64,000 nucleotides of DNA from Bryobacterales bacterium (GCA_965218555.1 OZ244625.1:3397303-3461302); one strand, 5' to 3'; counted from the first letter of the stretch, positions 19,671-30,485 are shown. Notes: generated by a model not told the origin, from the letters alone. Program-made: numbers and translations.

Positions 19671-20960
19671 CTATACACTCGCCGGCACGACGAACGGCTT
19701 GCGGTATCTCCGCGTGAGGTACGAGTTGGCTTCGTCGTCACCGGGGAAGTTTTCCCACGAAGGATCGAATGTCAGATTACGCCCGGTTCGATAGGAGATG
19801 TTTCCGAGGTGACAGAGCGCCGAAGACAAATGTCCCTCCAGGATATCGGCGTTGAGCAGACTGTGGTCTCGCTTCCTGACAGCGTCGATGAAGTTCTGGA
19901 AGTGGCTGGCGCGCGCACCGTCTTTGGAACTCCCTGGTCCCGGCTCGCCCTTTTCGCCAAGATAGGCTTGCCAGCCGCCCCTTCCTATCGTGAGATAGCC
20001 GTCGGAACCATAGAAAATGTTGCCAACGGTGACTCCCTTTTCATCGTTGGTGAACAGACCGCGCACTTCGAAGACGAGCTGCGTGTCGTCGTATTCGAAG
20101 GTCGTGAGCTGCGTATTCGGGGTTTCTTGATCGTCGTCGTAGACGAACTTATTCCCCGTACCGTGGATCTTGGTGGGGAATTCGTGCTTGTTGATGCCCC
20201 AGCGAGCAATATCCATCTGGTGGATGCCTTGGTTGCCCATGTCGGTCGTGCCATAGTCCCACATCCAGTGCCAGTTGTAGTGGAAGCGGTTGCGGCTGAA
20301 GGGGCGCTCGGGAGCCGGGCCGAGCCACAGATCGTAGTCCACGCCTTCGGGCACAGCCGTATTGGGGGTGTGGCCGATCGACTTGCGGCGCTTATAACAG
20401 AGGCCTTTCGCCATATAAACCTTGCCGATACCACCATCGTGAATGAACTTGATCGCCTCCTGCATAGCGGGTTGGGAACGGCCCTGAGTCCCCGTCTGGA
20501 CCAGGCGGTTATACTTGCGGGCGGCTTCGACGATCCGCCGGCCCTCGCTGATGTTGTGAGAGACGGGCTTTTCGACGTAGACGTCTTTACCCGCCTGGCA
20601 AGCCCAAATCGCTCCAAGTGCATGCCAATGGTCGGGCGTTGCGATCGAGACGATGTCGATGTTGTCGTCGTCAAGAACTCGGCGGATGTCTTGCACGACC
20701 TTCGGTTTCGGCGCGCCTGCCTCTTCGAGGATCTTTTGGGCTCGGCCCACAACGTTGAGATCGACGTCGCAAAGCGTCGTGACCACGGTGTCGGGCGAAT
20801 CTGTGAATCCCTTGACGTGACTCCTTCCACGCCCCCGCACACCTACGACAGCGACGCGAAGTTGGTCACTCGGTAAGCGCGCGCTGCTCGCTGCCGCGCC
20901 CAAGGGTGCTGCCGTCGCGGCGCCGGCAACTGAACCTTTCAGGAACGATCGACGATTCAT
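19671..20960 (-). CDS. Gfo/Idh/MocA oxidoreductase, Tat-exported
   Basis: MNRRSFL, TPDHWH, GKDVYVEKP, WLGPAP motifs. Confidence 0.93.
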   Translation of the reverse strand: MNRRSFLKGSVAGAATAAPLGAAASSARLPSDQLRVAVVGVRGRGRSHVKGFTDSPDTVVTTLCDVDLNVVGRAQKILEEAGAPKPKVVQDIRRVLDDDNIDIVSIATPDHWHALGAIWACQAGKDVYVEKPVSHNISEGRRIVEAARKYNRLVQTGTQGRSQPAMQEAIKFIHDGGIGKVYMAKGLCYKRRKSIGHTPNTAVPEGVDYDLWLGPAPERPFSRNRFHYNWHWMWDYGTTDMGNQGIHQMDIARWGINKHEFPTKIHGTGNKFVYDDDQETPNTQLTTFEYDDTQLVFEVRGLFTNDEKGVTVGNIFYGSDGYLTIGRGGWQAYLGEKGEPGPGSSKDGARASHFQNFIDAVRKRDHSLLNADILEGHLSSALCHLGNISYRTGRNLTFDPSWENFPGDDEANSYLTRRYRKPFVVPASV

Positions 20961-21075
20961 AAGAGCCTCCCAGAATAACGATAGCGAAAATATCTCTTTG
21001 AGTCAAAACGCACCGATATCGCCGAACCGGGTTGCAGGTCCGGCGCAGACTGGGGTACAACTGTCCGAGGCCGTC

Positions 21076-21705
21076 ATGCTGCGATACATCTTGCTTGGAA
21101 TCTTGACCTACGGGGTCGTTTCTGCCCAGTCTCCCAATATACTGACGGAGCAAGAGCAGAAGGATGGATACCGGCTGCTCTTCGATGGGAAGACGCTCAA
21201 CGGCTGGAAGGGCGATACGAAGCTGTGGTCGGTCCGCGACGGAGCGATTGTCGGTTCCACGGAAGGCAACAAGATTCCCCACAACAGCTTCCTGATCAGC
21301 GAAGAGAAGTTCTCGGACTTCATCCTGCGGCTCGACGTCAAGGTCCGCAACCACAATAGCGGCGTGCAATTTCGTAGCGAAGAGTTGCCCGACTTGGTCG
21401 TGCGGGGCTATCAAGCTGATGCCGCTGAAGGAGCATGGTGGGGTACTTTGTACGGCGAAAAGACCGGGAGGGGCGTCATCGCCGCCGGTTATGCCGGCAA
21501 GGGTGAGAAGGTCGTCAAGCCTGGCGATTGGAACAGCTACGAGATCATCTGCAAGGGCAATCAGATTACCCTCACGCTGAACGGGCTCGTCACGGCCGAT
21601 CTGGCCGATGACATGTCGTCGGAAGGAATCCTCGCCCTGCAATTGCACGCCGGGCCAGCGATGCAAGTATCGTTTCGCAACATCCGCATCCGCACGCTGG
21701 AGTAG
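21076..21705 (+). CDS. DUF1080 (3-keto-disaccharide hydrolase) family protein
   Basis: Signal peptide, LFDGKTLNGW, NSGVQFR, LQLH, FRNIRI. Confidence 0.92.
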   Translation: MLRYILLGILTYGVVSAQSPNILTEQEQKDGYRLLFDGKTLNGWKGDTKLWSVRDGAIVGSTEGNKIPHNSFLISEEKFSDFILRLDVKVRNHNSGVQFRSEELPDLVVRGYQADAAEGAWWGTLYGEKTGRGVIAAGYAGKGEKVVKPGDWNSYEIICKGNQITLTLNGLVTADLADDMSSEGILALQLHAGPAMQVSFRNIRIRTLE

Positions 21706-21748
21706 TCGGCGAGTGATCGAAGCCACCCATCAAAGAAGGATGTGAACC

Positions 21749-22666
21749 ATGAAAAAAATCTCACTTGGTAGTTGGGCCTTCGCATTCGGGCCTTACTCGG
21801 ACAATCCGGTTCCATTCGACAAGACGGCCAAGAGGCTCGCCGAAGCCGGCTATGACGCCATTGAGATCTGCGGCATCCAAGAGCACGTCACTCTCGATGC
21901 CTACCCCACGACGGAGTCTCGACAGGAAGTCAAGAAGATGCTCGATGATCTCGGATTGGAGCGGTCAGGCTATGCCTGCGACCAGTACGCATTCGATCCT
22001 ACCGAGGCGGACAACAAACAATTGTATCTCGATCAGTTTTCAAAAAATCTCGAGTTGTGCAATGACTTGGCCATCCGCGACATTCGAGTGGATACGGTCG
22101 CCGATCCCGGCAAGTATTCCGACGATGCCGAATACGAGGCGGCCAAAGGTCGGGTGGCAGAGACTTTTCACGAAGCAGCGCAAAAAGCGCAGGACGCCGG
22201 CATCCGGATGCACTGGGAGTTCGAGCCGGGGTTCATCTTCAACAAGCCGTCTGAGATCGTCGAGTTCCATGGCAAGGTGGCCCATCCGAATTTCGACGTT
22301 ATGTACGACACAAGCCACGCGCACATGGCAGCCGTCGTGGGCTCCCGGCAGCACGGCGAGAAGGAAACTCTCGACGGCGGCATCGAGGAGCTGCTCGCCA
22401 ACCTCGCGGGCAAGATCGGCGCGATCCACTTGATCGACTCCGACGGCAGCTTGCACGACAATCACACCAGCACACACAACCCGTTTGGGACCGGCAACGT
22501 CGACTTCCAATCGGTTGCGCCGAAACTCTTGACGGTACCCGACGTTGAATACTGGGCAATCGACATGTGTTTCTGGCCCGGTTCATGGGAACTGGTCGAA
22601 GCTTCTCTGGCGTACGTAAAGAACCTTGTCGCGGAGGCGGAAGCCGCGACTGCCGCAGCATCCTGA
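21749..22666 (+). CDS. Sugar phosphate isomerase/epimerase (xylose isomerase-like TIM barrel)
   Basis: GYDAIE, WEFEP, YDTSH, IHLID, H.PFG.G.VDF metal-site motifs. Confidence 0.88.
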   Translation: MKKISLGSWAFAFGPYSDNPVPFDKTAKRLAEAGYDAIEICGIQEHVTLDAYPTTESRQEVKKMLDDLGLERSGYACDQYAFDPTEADNKQLYLDQFSKNLELCNDLAIRDIRVDTVADPGKYSDDAEYEAAKGRVAETFHEAAQKAQDAGIRMHWEFEPGFIFNKPSEIVEFHGKVAHPNFDVMYDTSHAHMAAVVGSRQHGEKETLDGGIEELLANLAGKIGAIHLIDSDGSLHDNHTSTHNPFGTGNVDFQSVAPKLLTVPDVEYWAIDMCFWPGSWELVEASLAYVKNLVAEAEAATAAAS

Positions 22667-22730
22667 ACTGAATGTCTCCCCGCGTGCGCGAGATATCTAA
22701 GGCCAGGTTGGACGAGCCGCTCCCGAAGGC

Positions 22731-23009
22731 CTACCGGGCAAAACGTTCCGTGATCGTGCGTTCGTACTCGGGGAAGTAATGTCCGATCAACGGCAGGTCG
22801 AATGATCGCAAGATCGATTCCTTCGGCTCGCGTTCGAGCAAGAACTCGAATGACAGGCGAAGGAGTTCTTCGGTTGAGGTCCTGCCGCCGGTGAGCTTGC
22901 GGGCGTATTCGAAATTGACCTTGACGCGGTGCGCGGTGGCGCCGCCGCCTTCCTGAACGGTGACGACGTACTCACCGCAGCTTCGTGCCTCGACTTCAAT
23001 CGCCGGCAT
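22731..23009 (-). CDS. Conserved hypothetical small protein
   Basis: Protein-like SFEFLLEREPKESILRSFDL...YFPEYE. Co-oriented at the end of the ffh operon. Confidence 0.75.
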   Translation of the reverse strand: MPAIEVEARSCGEYVVTVQEGGGATAHRVKVNFEYARKLTGGRTSTEELLRLSFEFLLEREPKESILRSFDLPLIGHYFPEYERTITERFAR

Positions 23010-23080
23010 GTGGAGTTGATCTTAATCGAAATAAGAGGCGCCGTGCATAGGATCTACAACGGCCAAGGACGAACAAACTC

Positions 23081-23371
23081 CTACTTCCAAAGCCGCCAAG
23101 CCTCGCCCATGCCGATCCAGATATTCACCAACCCTACCCCCGAAACCCCGCCACGCAGGTAGTTGCTCAACCACACCCCATCCAACTGCGGCGTCAACCC
23201 AAAGAAGAAATTGTTGTCCCAAAACGGCGTCCACGGCAGGATCATCAGCACAACCCCGATCTCGATGCAGAACAGAGTGAACAGGATGTGAGTCGCCAGC
23301 CTCGCCCGCGAGCCTTGCGGAACCGGCTCTGACTCGGGTTCAGACCTTTGCAGGTCGAGGATCTCGCCCAT
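23081..23371 (-). CDS. Small membrane protein
   Basis: Two hydrophobic segments (CIEIG..L..LPW..FW..N, RG.VSG.GLVN). Starts 3 bp after rnhB. Confidence 0.75.
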   Translation of the reverse strand: MGEILDLQRSEPESEPVPQGSRARLATHILFTLFCIEIGVVLMILPWTPFWDNNFFFGLTPQLDGVWLSNYLRGGVSGVGLVNIWIGMGEAWRLWK

Positions 23372-23374
23372 GGT

Positions 23375-24100
23375 TTAGAAAGAAAGCACCGCCGCTTTGT
23401 CCGGCGCACCAAAGGGAAGGACCATCCGTGAATCCGGTTCCGGCCCGAAGCAGGCGCAATCGGCAACCGGCTTGAACGTCATCCGATGCAGCGGCGTCGG
23501 ACCGTGCTTTTCGAGAGCGGCCAAATGATCCGGGCAGCCGTAGCCCTTATTCGAGGTCAGCCCGTATTCGGGAAACAACGCGTCCCACTCCTCCATCCAA
23601 TGGTCGCGCTCGACCTTCGCCACGATCGACGCCGCCGCGACCGACGAACTCGTGGCGTCACCCTTGATAATCGACTTCTGCGGAATGGCCAAATCCAAGG
23701 TCAGTGCGTCCACCACCACGGCCTCCGCCGCCGGCTCTAAACCGAGAACAGCGGCCCGCATCGCCAAGCGAGAAGCCTGATAGATGTTCACACGATCGAT
23801 CTGAGCATTATCAACAGCCGCCACCGAGACAGCAATGGCCCGCTTGTGAATCTTCAGGCTCAGCACCCGGCGTGATTCCGCGTCAAGCTGCTTGCTGTCG
23901 TTGAGCCCGCGTACAGGATGCCGCGGATCAAGAATCACCGCGGCCGCTACAACCGGCCCGAAGAGACAGCCGCGGCCAACTTCGTCCACGCCCGCTACCA
24001 GTGCGTGCCCCAGGGCGCGCAACCCTTGCTCGATCCTCGTGTGAGGCCGATGCTTGGACGCACGTTTGCCGCGGGCAGAAGGCGCCGCGGTTCGTGGCAT
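23375..24100 (-). CDS. rnhB: Ribonuclease HII
   Basis: AGVDEVGRG, DSK, KGD, AAASIVAKV.RD, NKGY. Confidence 0.96.
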   Translation of the reverse strand: MPRTAAPSARGKRASKHRPHTRIEQGLRALGHALVAGVDEVGRGCLFGPVVAAAVILDPRHPVRGLNDSKQLDAESRRVLSLKIHKRAIAVSVAAVDNAQIDRVNIYQASRLAMRAAVLGLEPAAEAVVVDALTLDLAIPQKSIIKGDATSSSVAAASIVAKVERDHWMEEWDALFPEYGLTSNKGYGCPDHLAALEKHGPTPLHRMTFKPVADCACFGPEPDSRMVLPFGAPDKAAVLSF

Positions 24101-24457
24101 TTAGGCTTTCCGCGCCCGCTCACGCAACCGCGCCGCTTTGCCGCGCAGCTTGCGCAAGTAGTAGAGCTTCGCCCGCCTTACTCGCGCCCTACGCACCACT
24201 TCCACCTTGCCGACCACCGGCGACTGCAAGGGAAACACTCGCTCGACGCCTACACCGAAGCTCACCTTGCGGACGGTAATCGTTTCGCTCATTCCGGAGT
24301 TGTTCCGCCCGATCAGGACGCCTTCGAAGACCTGCAAGCGTTCCTTGTCACCCTCACGGATGCGCACATGTACGCGGACCGTATCACCCGACTCGAGTTC
24401 AGGGAGATCGTCTCTCTTTCGATCGTCATAAACCTTTTGCAGCACTTTATTGATCAT
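24101..24457 (-). CDS. rplS: 50S ribosomal protein L19
   Basis: [32 protein letters not shown]. Confidence 0.98.
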   Translation of the reverse strand: MINKVLQKVYDDRKRDDLPELESGDTVRVHVRIREGDKERLQVFEGVLIGRNNSGMSETITVRKVSFGVGVERVFPLQSPVVGKVEVVRRARVRRAKLYYLRKLRGKAARLRERARKA

Positions 24458-25229
24458 GATGCCCCTCCGCTGCGGCGCCTTTCTCCTGCAGGGCCGAAAG
24501 CCATTTCCGATCCGCCGGGCTCAGCAGAGTCGTTTCCAAGAGTTCCGGACGGTTTCGCCATGTCTTTTCCAACGCCGCTTTGCGCCTCCACTGCCGGATC
24601 TGCTCGTGATTCCCACGCAACAGAACCTCCGGCGTCTTCCAACCTTCAAACTCAGCGGGACGCGTATAGTGCGGACAGTCGAGAATGCCCAACCGCCCTC
24701 CCCCGAGAGGACGAAAGGACTCCTGTTCCGTCGATGCCTTATTGCCGAGGGCTCCGGGCAGCAGTCGCGTCACCGCGTCCACAACGATCCCGCACGCCCA
24801 TTCGCCTCCACTCAGAACGAAATCCCCGACCGAAACCTCTTCATCGGCCAGATGTTCCGCCACGCGTTCGTCCACTCCTTCGTATCGTCCACAGATCAAA
24901 GTGACTTCTTTATATCCTGCCAACCGCAAAGCCATGCTCTGATCAAACCTTTTTCCCTGGGCCGACAGCAAGACGGTCCTCACTCGCTTGTCCCGCTGTG
25001 ACCCTCGAATCTTCTTCAGAGCCAGAAAAACCGGCTCGATCTTCAGCACCATCCCTTCGTCGCCGCCAAACGGCCGGTCATCCACCGTGCGATGGCGGTC
25101 GAAAGTATGTTCGCGAAGGTTGTGGATCTCTATCCCGATCAGTCCGTTCGACTTGGCACGGGCCACAATCCCATGATCGAACGGTCCCTCGAAGAACTGA
25201 GGGAAGATCGTGATGACATGAAAGAGCAT
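24447..25229 (-). CDS. trmD: tRNA (guanine37-N1)-methyltransferase
   Basis: [33 protein letters not shown]. Confidence 0.97.
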   Translation of the reverse strand: MLFHVITIFPQFFEGPFDHGIVARAKSNGLIGIEIHNLREHTFDRHRTVDDRPFGGDEGMVLKIEPVFLALKKIRGSQRDKRVRTVLLSAQGKRFDQSMALRLAGYKEVTLICGRYEGVDERVAEHLADEEVSVGDFVLSGGEWACGIVVDAVTRLLPGALGNKASTEQESFRPLGGGRLGILDCPHYTRPAEFEGWKTPEVLLRGNHEQIRQWRRKAALEKTWRNRPELLETTLLSPADRKWLSALQEKGAAAEGHHDQ

Positions 25230-25230
25230 C

Positions 25231-25755
25231 TCACGAATTCAACTCCTCGAGTCCCTCCGGCAGACTGACTTGAATCTCGCGCTTCTCCTCGGAAATCTCC
25301 CGGCAAATCTCATCCACGAAAGGGACTAGAATCTCGCCTCCTACTCCGGTCACCTGCAACAGCAACGATCCTCCCGGCTCGAGTACTTCGTCAACGATCC
25401 CGATCTCCCGGCCGGTCTTTGCGTCCAAAACCCGGTAACCGATAAGATCCGCCAGATAATGCTCGCCTTCCGGCGGCGGACCTAACTCTGCCCCGGAGAT
25501 CCGCACCTTCCAACCGCGCAGTTGCTCCGCCGCACTGATCGAATCGATCCCTTCAAACTTCAAAACCCAGCGATCGCGCTGTCTCCAAGCCTCTTCCAGC
25601 GTCGTTTCGCGACGCTCGCCCTGCAAGCTCTCCAAAAACAACTGGCTCGCCGACGAAAAACGGTCCTCGCGATCCGTCAGATCGGTGGCCATCACCTCGC
25701 CCCGATTGCCCCGACTTCGCACGATGCAGGCAAGCGTGACGAACTCCTCTTCCAT
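25231..25755 (-). CDS. rimM: 16S rRNA processing protein RimM
   Basis: G.RGE, KFEGI, AEQLRG, DLIG, ILVPFV. Canonical operon position. Confidence 0.93.
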   Translation of the reverse strand: MEEEFVTLACIVRSRGNRGEVMATDLTDREDRFSSASQLFLESLQGERRETTLEEAWRQRDRWVLKFEGIDSISAAEQLRGWKVRISGAELGPPPEGEHYLADLIGYRVLDAKTGREIGIVDEVLEPGGSLLLQVTGVGGEILVPFVDEICREISEEKREIQVSLPEGLEELNS

Positions 25756-25769
25756 GCCGCCCGGCTCGC

Positions 25770-26021
25770 TTACTCCAGGATCTCCAGCGTGTACCGCTTT
25801 CTTACTTTCATACCGGCCGCACCGAGCAACGCTCGAATCGACTTCGCCGTCCGACCCTTCTTCCCGATAACCTTCCCCAGGTCCGACGGGTCCACTTGCA
25901 ACTCAAGCACGCGAACCTGATCCCCCGACACCTTCCGCACAGAGACTTCCTCCGGCTTGTCGACCAGAGCTTTGGCGATCAGTTCCACCAACTCGACAAT
26001 CGAATCTCTGTTTGCTGCCAA
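25770..26021 (-). CDS. khpA: KH-domain RNA-binding protein KhpA
   Basis: IAKALVD.PE.V, DLGKVIGKKGRTAKSIR. TTG start after a purine-rich RBS. Confidence 0.93.
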   Translation of the reverse strand: MAANRDSIVELVELIAKALVDKPEEVSVRKVSGDQVRVLELQVDPSDLGKVIGKKGRTAKSIRALLGAAGMKVRKRYTLEILE

Positions 26022-26157
26022 TCTCGGTTTCCTCCCTCGAACGTTTGAGAGGTTGGGCAATCCAACGATCGACTTTCGCGATTCTATGCAGAGAACGCAG
26101 GAAAGGTTCGTGAAGCGTCGCCTCGAGCGACCCTAGCGTCGATTATATCCCAAAGAA

Positions 26158-26538
26158 TCAACTACCTGCGGCCGGCTTCGACTCCTCGGCCGAGGCCGGT
26201 ACCTTTGCCGGTTCCGAAGCCGCTGCTTCAGCGGCGACCCCTTCCGCCTTTGGAGCGTCAACCGGCGTGCTCACGCCCGCTACCGGCTTCCAGGTCGGAC
26301 CACCTTTCTCTTTGTAGGCGATCAACCGACGGACCGTCACCGACGCTTGCGCGCCCTTGTGCAGCCAGTGGTTGATCCGCTCACTTTCCAGCGATAACTC
26401 GATCGGATCTCGAGTCGGGTTGTAGTGCCCCACAATCTCGATGTTCTTGCCGTTGCGCGCGTTGCGCTTGTTGATCACGACCACGCGATACGACGGTTTC
26501 TTCTTGGCGCCTGCTCGCGCCAAGCGAATAGCCAACAT
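26158..26538 (-). CDS. rpsP: 30S ribosomal protein S16
   Basis: IRLAR.GAKKKP.YRVVV, GHYNP, GAQ.S.TV, with an Ala/Pro-rich tail. Confidence 0.98.
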   Translation of the reverse strand: MLAIRLARAGAKKKPSYRVVVINKRNARNGKNIEIVGHYNPTRDPIELSLESERINHWLHKGAQASVTVRRLIAYKEKGGPTWKPVAGVSTPVDAPKAEGVAAEAAASEPAKVPASAEESKPAAGS

Positions 26539-26578
26539 AAGTCTCTCCTTGTTCGGAAAGCTGAACCGGGGCAGGATG

Positions 26579-27946
26579 CTACCGGAGCAGCGCCTCCAGA
26601 TTCATTTGTCTCCGGCCCCCAAGCCGGCGTCTGCGTTTCTTGCTCCCCCCAGTGCTTCCCGTCAGCGACCGCATCATCTTACGCGCCTGCCGGTATTGAC
26701 GGAGAAGTTGATTTACCGCTTGCACCGATGTGCCGCTGCCTTTGGCGATGCGGCGGCGGCGGCTGCCATTGATGATCTCGTGGTTGCGGCGTTCCTTCGG
26801 CGTCATCGAGCAGAGGATCGCCTCCACGCGATTGACTTCCTTCGGGTCAATCTCGGCGTTCTTGAGCTGCTTCAGCGGACCCATTTGCGGCAGCATCCCA
26901 AGAATCGACTCCAGCGGACCGAGCTTCTTGAACTGCCGCAACTGATCCCGAAAATCCTCCAGCGTGAACTCGTTCTGCAGCATCTTCCGCTGCATCTCGA
27001 GCGCGTCCTTTTGTTCGATCGATTCTTCGACCTTCTCGATCAGCGAAAGCATGTCGCCCATGCCGAGAATTCGCGAGACGACTCGGTCCGGATGGAACGG
27101 TTCGAAGGCGTCCGACTTCTCGCCCGTTCCGATAAACTTCAGCGGACAGCCCGTGACATGCCGAATCGACAAGGCCGCGCCGCCGCGGGCATCGCCGTCC
27201 ATCTTGGTCAGGATCACGCCGCTCAGCTCCAACCGCTCATGAAACTTCGCCGCCGATTTCACTGCGTCCTGCCCCGTCATCGCGTCCGCGACGAACAGCA
27301 CCTCGGTCGGCTCCAGCTTGTCGCGAAGCTGCTCCAACTCGACCATCAACGCGTCGTCGATGTGCAGCCGTCCCGCCGTATCCACCAATACGACGTCGCA
27401 GCCCGACTGCGCCGCCTCGACCCTCGCCGCCGCGGCCAACTCCAGGGGCTTGTCGTTATCCCCACCCTTGTAGATCGGCTGCTTGATCTGTCCCGCCACG
27501 ACACGCAACTGCTCGCGTGCAGCCGGACGGTAGACATCCACAGAAACCAGCAATGGCCGATGACCATTTTTGGAAAGCCATTTCGCCAACTTGCCGGTCG
27601 TCGTCGTCTTGCCCGACCCCTGCAGGCCGACGATCATAAAAACCGAAGGCGGGTTGTTCGAATACTTGAGACGCCTCTCTTCGGCTCCCAGCAGCGCGAT
27701 CAACTCGTCGCGCAGGATCTTGATGACCTGCTCGGTCGGCGACAGCGACGTGAGCACTTCCTGGCCCAGCGCCTTCTGCTTGATGCCCTCGATTAACTGC
27801 TTGACAACCTTGAAGTTGACGTCCGCCTCCAGCAGGGCCATGCGAATCTCTCGCAGGGCGTCCTGAATATTCTTCTCCGTCAGCTTCCCCTCGCCGCGGA
27901 GGTTCTTGAAGACGCGCTGAAGCTTATCCTGAAGGTTGTCGAACAT
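26579..27946 (-). CDS. ffh: Signal recognition particle protein Ffh
   Basis: ALLEADV, GLQGSGKTTT, DTAGR, DGDARGG, RILGMGD, M-domain. Confidence 0.98.
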   Translation of the reverse strand: MFDNLQDKLQRVFKNLRGEGKLTEKNIQDALREIRMALLEADVNFKVVKQLIEGIKQKALGQEVLTSLSPTEQVIKILRDELIALLGAEERRLKYSNNPPSVFMIVGLQGSGKTTTTGKLAKWLSKNGHRPLLVSVDVYRPAAREQLRVVAGQIKQPIYKGGDNDKPLELAAAARVEAAQSGCDVVLVDTAGRLHIDDALMVELEQLRDKLEPTEVLFVADAMTGQDAVKSAAKFHERLELSGVILTKMDGDARGGAALSIRHVTGCPLKFIGTGEKSDAFEPFHPDRVVSRILGMGDMLSLIEKVEESIEQKDALEMQRKMLQNEFTLEDFRDQLRQFKKLGPLESILGMLPQMGPLKQLKNAEIDPKEVNRVEAILCSMTPKERRNHEIINGSRRRRIAKGSGTSVQAVNQLLRQYRQARKMMRSLTGSTGGSKKRRRRLGGRRQMNLEALLR

Positions 27947-28237
27947 CAAGGTTTCCCCCCGCGGCGCGGGGGCTCAGGAGGGGCGGACACTACACTCCCG
28001 TGCCCTTCCCGCTATTGTACGGCTTGGTTCGAAAACCAGTCAAACACGCCCTGTGAGGCCAATTCCGTCCACAAGGGCGTGGTCCGCCAGGCGGCACCCA
28101 AGCCAAACTGACTCGGTGCTACCCTGTCGAAGGGAGAATCCTCCGTTTGCGAGCCAATGCCGTAGCAGGCTCGTACGGATGCGGTAGTCAGTAATCCGGC
28201 GACCTGTAGAATACGGCTCGACACAAGCGCGTGCAGC

Positions 28238-29185
28238 ATGACCCAAGGAACGCAAGGTCGATTCCGCCGTGTTGTACGGTGGGTGCTCCCTGCCCTGCTT
28301 GCGGCCGTCCTACTTCCGTCGTGGACGCTCTTCTTCTCCGGAGGTATGCATGCAGTCGCTGGCTGGATGGCGCTCAGCATCGCGGGACTTTTCCTCGCGC
28401 CGCTGTCTCTGTTGGTCCTGCTTGTCCATGCCGTCCGAAAGCGCCGCTTCAGCCGACCGATGCAGGTATCCTTAGCCTTGGCAGGTCTTGCCCTTTGGCC
28501 CGGCCTGTGGAGCTTTGGCTTCCTGACCATCGCGTTCCCGTACGTCCTCGAGAGTTCGAGCCCTTCGGCGACGGTACGGCTGCCATCGAACGAAACGCTG
28601 CGGGTCGGCTGGGGAGGTGATGAAGTCTCCACGAATTATCACGCCATGACTCCGGACCAACGCTGGGCTTACGACCTTCTCGTGGAACCGGCCGGGCACG
28701 GATCGGAAGTCCTGGAAGACTATGGCTGCTACAACACTCCCGTTGTCGCGCCGATCTCCGCTCGGGTTCACTATGCGGCCGATGGAGCCCCGGACCACGT
28801 ACCCGGCAAAGTCAGCATGGATCACAAGAACCCGGTCGGCAACCACGTTGTCTTGCAGCTCGAGACCGGCACCTATCTCTTGATCGCGCACCTCAAGCCC
28901 GGCAGCGTATTGGTCAGCGAGGGGGACGAGGTGCTGGAGGGGGAGGCGATCGGCGCGTGCGGCAACTCGGGGAATACGAGCGAGCCGCACATCCACATTC
29001 ACCACCAGCGTCAGGATCCCAAGGACCGACCGCTCAATTTCTCAGAAGGCCTTCCCCTGTATTTCCGGGATCATGACGGCGAGGCCATGCCGAAGGGAGG
29101 ATTGGAAATTCGCGATGGCGAGATTGTCCTGACCGGAGCGATTGTCCGGCATCTCGGGGCCGACCCGCCCGCCTCATCGAAATAA
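28238..29185 (+). CDS. Membrane-anchored M23 family peptidase
   Basis: Three N-terminal TM segments, AYD, GNHV, AHL, GNSGNTSEPHIHIH. Confidence 0.88.
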   Translation: MTQGTQGRFRRVVRWVLPALLAAVLLPSWTLFFSGGMHAVAGWMALSIAGLFLAPLSLLVLLVHAVRKRRFSRPMQVSLALAGLALWPGLWSFGFLTIAFPYVLESSSPSATVRLPSNETLRVGWGGDEVSTNYHAMTPDQRWAYDLLVEPAGHGSEVLEDYGCYNTPVVAPISARVHYAADGAPDHVPGKVSMDHKNPVGNHVVLQLETGTYLLIAHLKPGSVLVSEGDEVLEGEAIGACGNSGNTSEPHIHIHHQRQDPKDRPLNFSEGLPLYFRDHDGEAMPKGGLEIRDGEIVLTGAIVRHLGADPPASSK

Positions 29186-29357
29186 TGGCGCCAGGCCGTT
29201 TGCAGCTGGACGTGCTCCCGGAAGCGATCCTTGATGATTCGTACGACTTCGTACGGGTCGCGCCGTCGCCGGTTCCGCTCCGAGGCGCCCAGCGCAGGAT
29301 CCCTCTGCTACAGTCTCCTGCTCCATTTCGTGACGGCACACCCCCAGTCGCCGCCTC

Positions 29358-30485
29358 TCAGCCCGCCGCCCCCTTGATCGTCGCGCCCATCCCCTCCTCG
29401 ACTTCCTCGATCTCGCTCGGCCGGTGCAGCGCAAAGTACACCACCAAGAACACCACGCACGCCAGCGACAGCAGCGCGATCCCCATGATCAGCACCTCCA
29501 CCAGAGAAACAGCCCCCAGCGCCCCCGACCCTTCCTCCACCGCCACCACCATCCAGTCCAGCTTCGGATACTGCTCCTCCAATCCCAGATACGCAAACGC
29601 CAGCCGCGCTCGCCGCCCGCCCGGAAACGTCGCATCGAAGTAGCCCGACGTGCGGCCCTCATAATTCCCCCGCGCGTCCACCACCGCCTCCACCTCCGCT
29701 GAACGCTCATCGTCGGCCAGCGTCAATCCGTCCGTACCGAAGATCACCGCGCCGTCCTTCTTCGCAAGATAGACCTTGCCGCCCGCCCCCAAGTCAGCAC
29801 GGTGCAACGCCGGCAACAGCGACGCCACCTGCACCAGCGCATCCAGCGTCCCCATGATCTGGTTGGTCTCCCGGACCACCGGCACGCCCACCCCGATGTA
29901 GTAGTTCTTCGTCGCCTCGTCGTACAGCACGTCGGTCAGACTGACCACCCCGCGGCCGTAAAAGTAGATGTCCTGCCAGTACTCCTCGTCGGCCTGGTAG
30001 TAGTCCAGCGTCTTGTGCGTCGCGGCCACCGTCGCCCCTTCCAGATCGGTCACCGTGATGCGCAGAAAACTCGGGTCCACCGTGAGCTTGCGCCGCAGCG
30101 CCTCCGAGCCCGGGTTCGACATCGTCCGCTCCACCAGCGCCTCGCCCTGCGGCGTCACCCAGGTCTTGTCTTTCGCCTGCAAGCGCTCCCGGATGAGTTC
30201 ATCCCGAACCCGAAAATATTGCCGGTTCGAGCTTCGCACCACCTCCAGCACGGCCGCGTCGGACGCCATCAGAGCCGCTTCCACCACCTTCGCCTCGATC
30301 TGTTGTTCGATGCTGCTGGCGGCCGCTTGCGCGACCGTTTCCAGGTACCGCCCGGCCGCTGTCGCGGTCGTCTCGCCGGCGCGGGTCGCCGCGTAGAGAG
30401 CCGCCAGACTGATCGGAACCACCGTCAACAGCAAGGCGATGACGAGCTTCCGCCCGGCAATGTGGAACACCAATGGTGTAGGCAT
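29358..30485 (-). CDS. Stand-alone Cache-domain membrane protein
   Basis: TM - about 300-aa extracytoplasmic region (VTD..G..VA, YYQADEEYWQ, YDE, VGVPV, WMVV) - TM, then only about 22 cytoplasmic residues. Confidence 0.75.
   Translation of the reverse strand: MPTPLVFHIAGRKLVIALLLTVVPISLAALYAATRAGETTATAAGRYLETVAQAAASSIEQQIEAKVVEAALMASDAAVLEVVRSSNRQYFRVRDELIRERLQAKDKTWVTPQGEALVERTMSNPGSEALRRKLTVDPSFLRITVTDLEGATVAATHKTLDYYQADEEYWQDIYFYGRGVVSLTDVLYDEATKNYYIGVGVPVVRETNQIMGTLDALVQVASLLPALHRADLGAGGKVYLAKKDGAVIFGTDGLTLADDERSAEVEAVVDARGNYEGRTSGYFDATFPGGRRARLAFAYLGLEEQYPKLDWMVVAVEEGSGALGAVSLVEVLIMGIALLSLACVVFLVVYFALHRPSEIEEVEEGMGATIKGAAG

Noticed and set aside
27950-28230. SRP (4.5S) RNA upstream of ffh
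   Set aside because: GC-rich hairpins are present but the conserved CAGG..GGAA..AGCAG domain IV motif is not.
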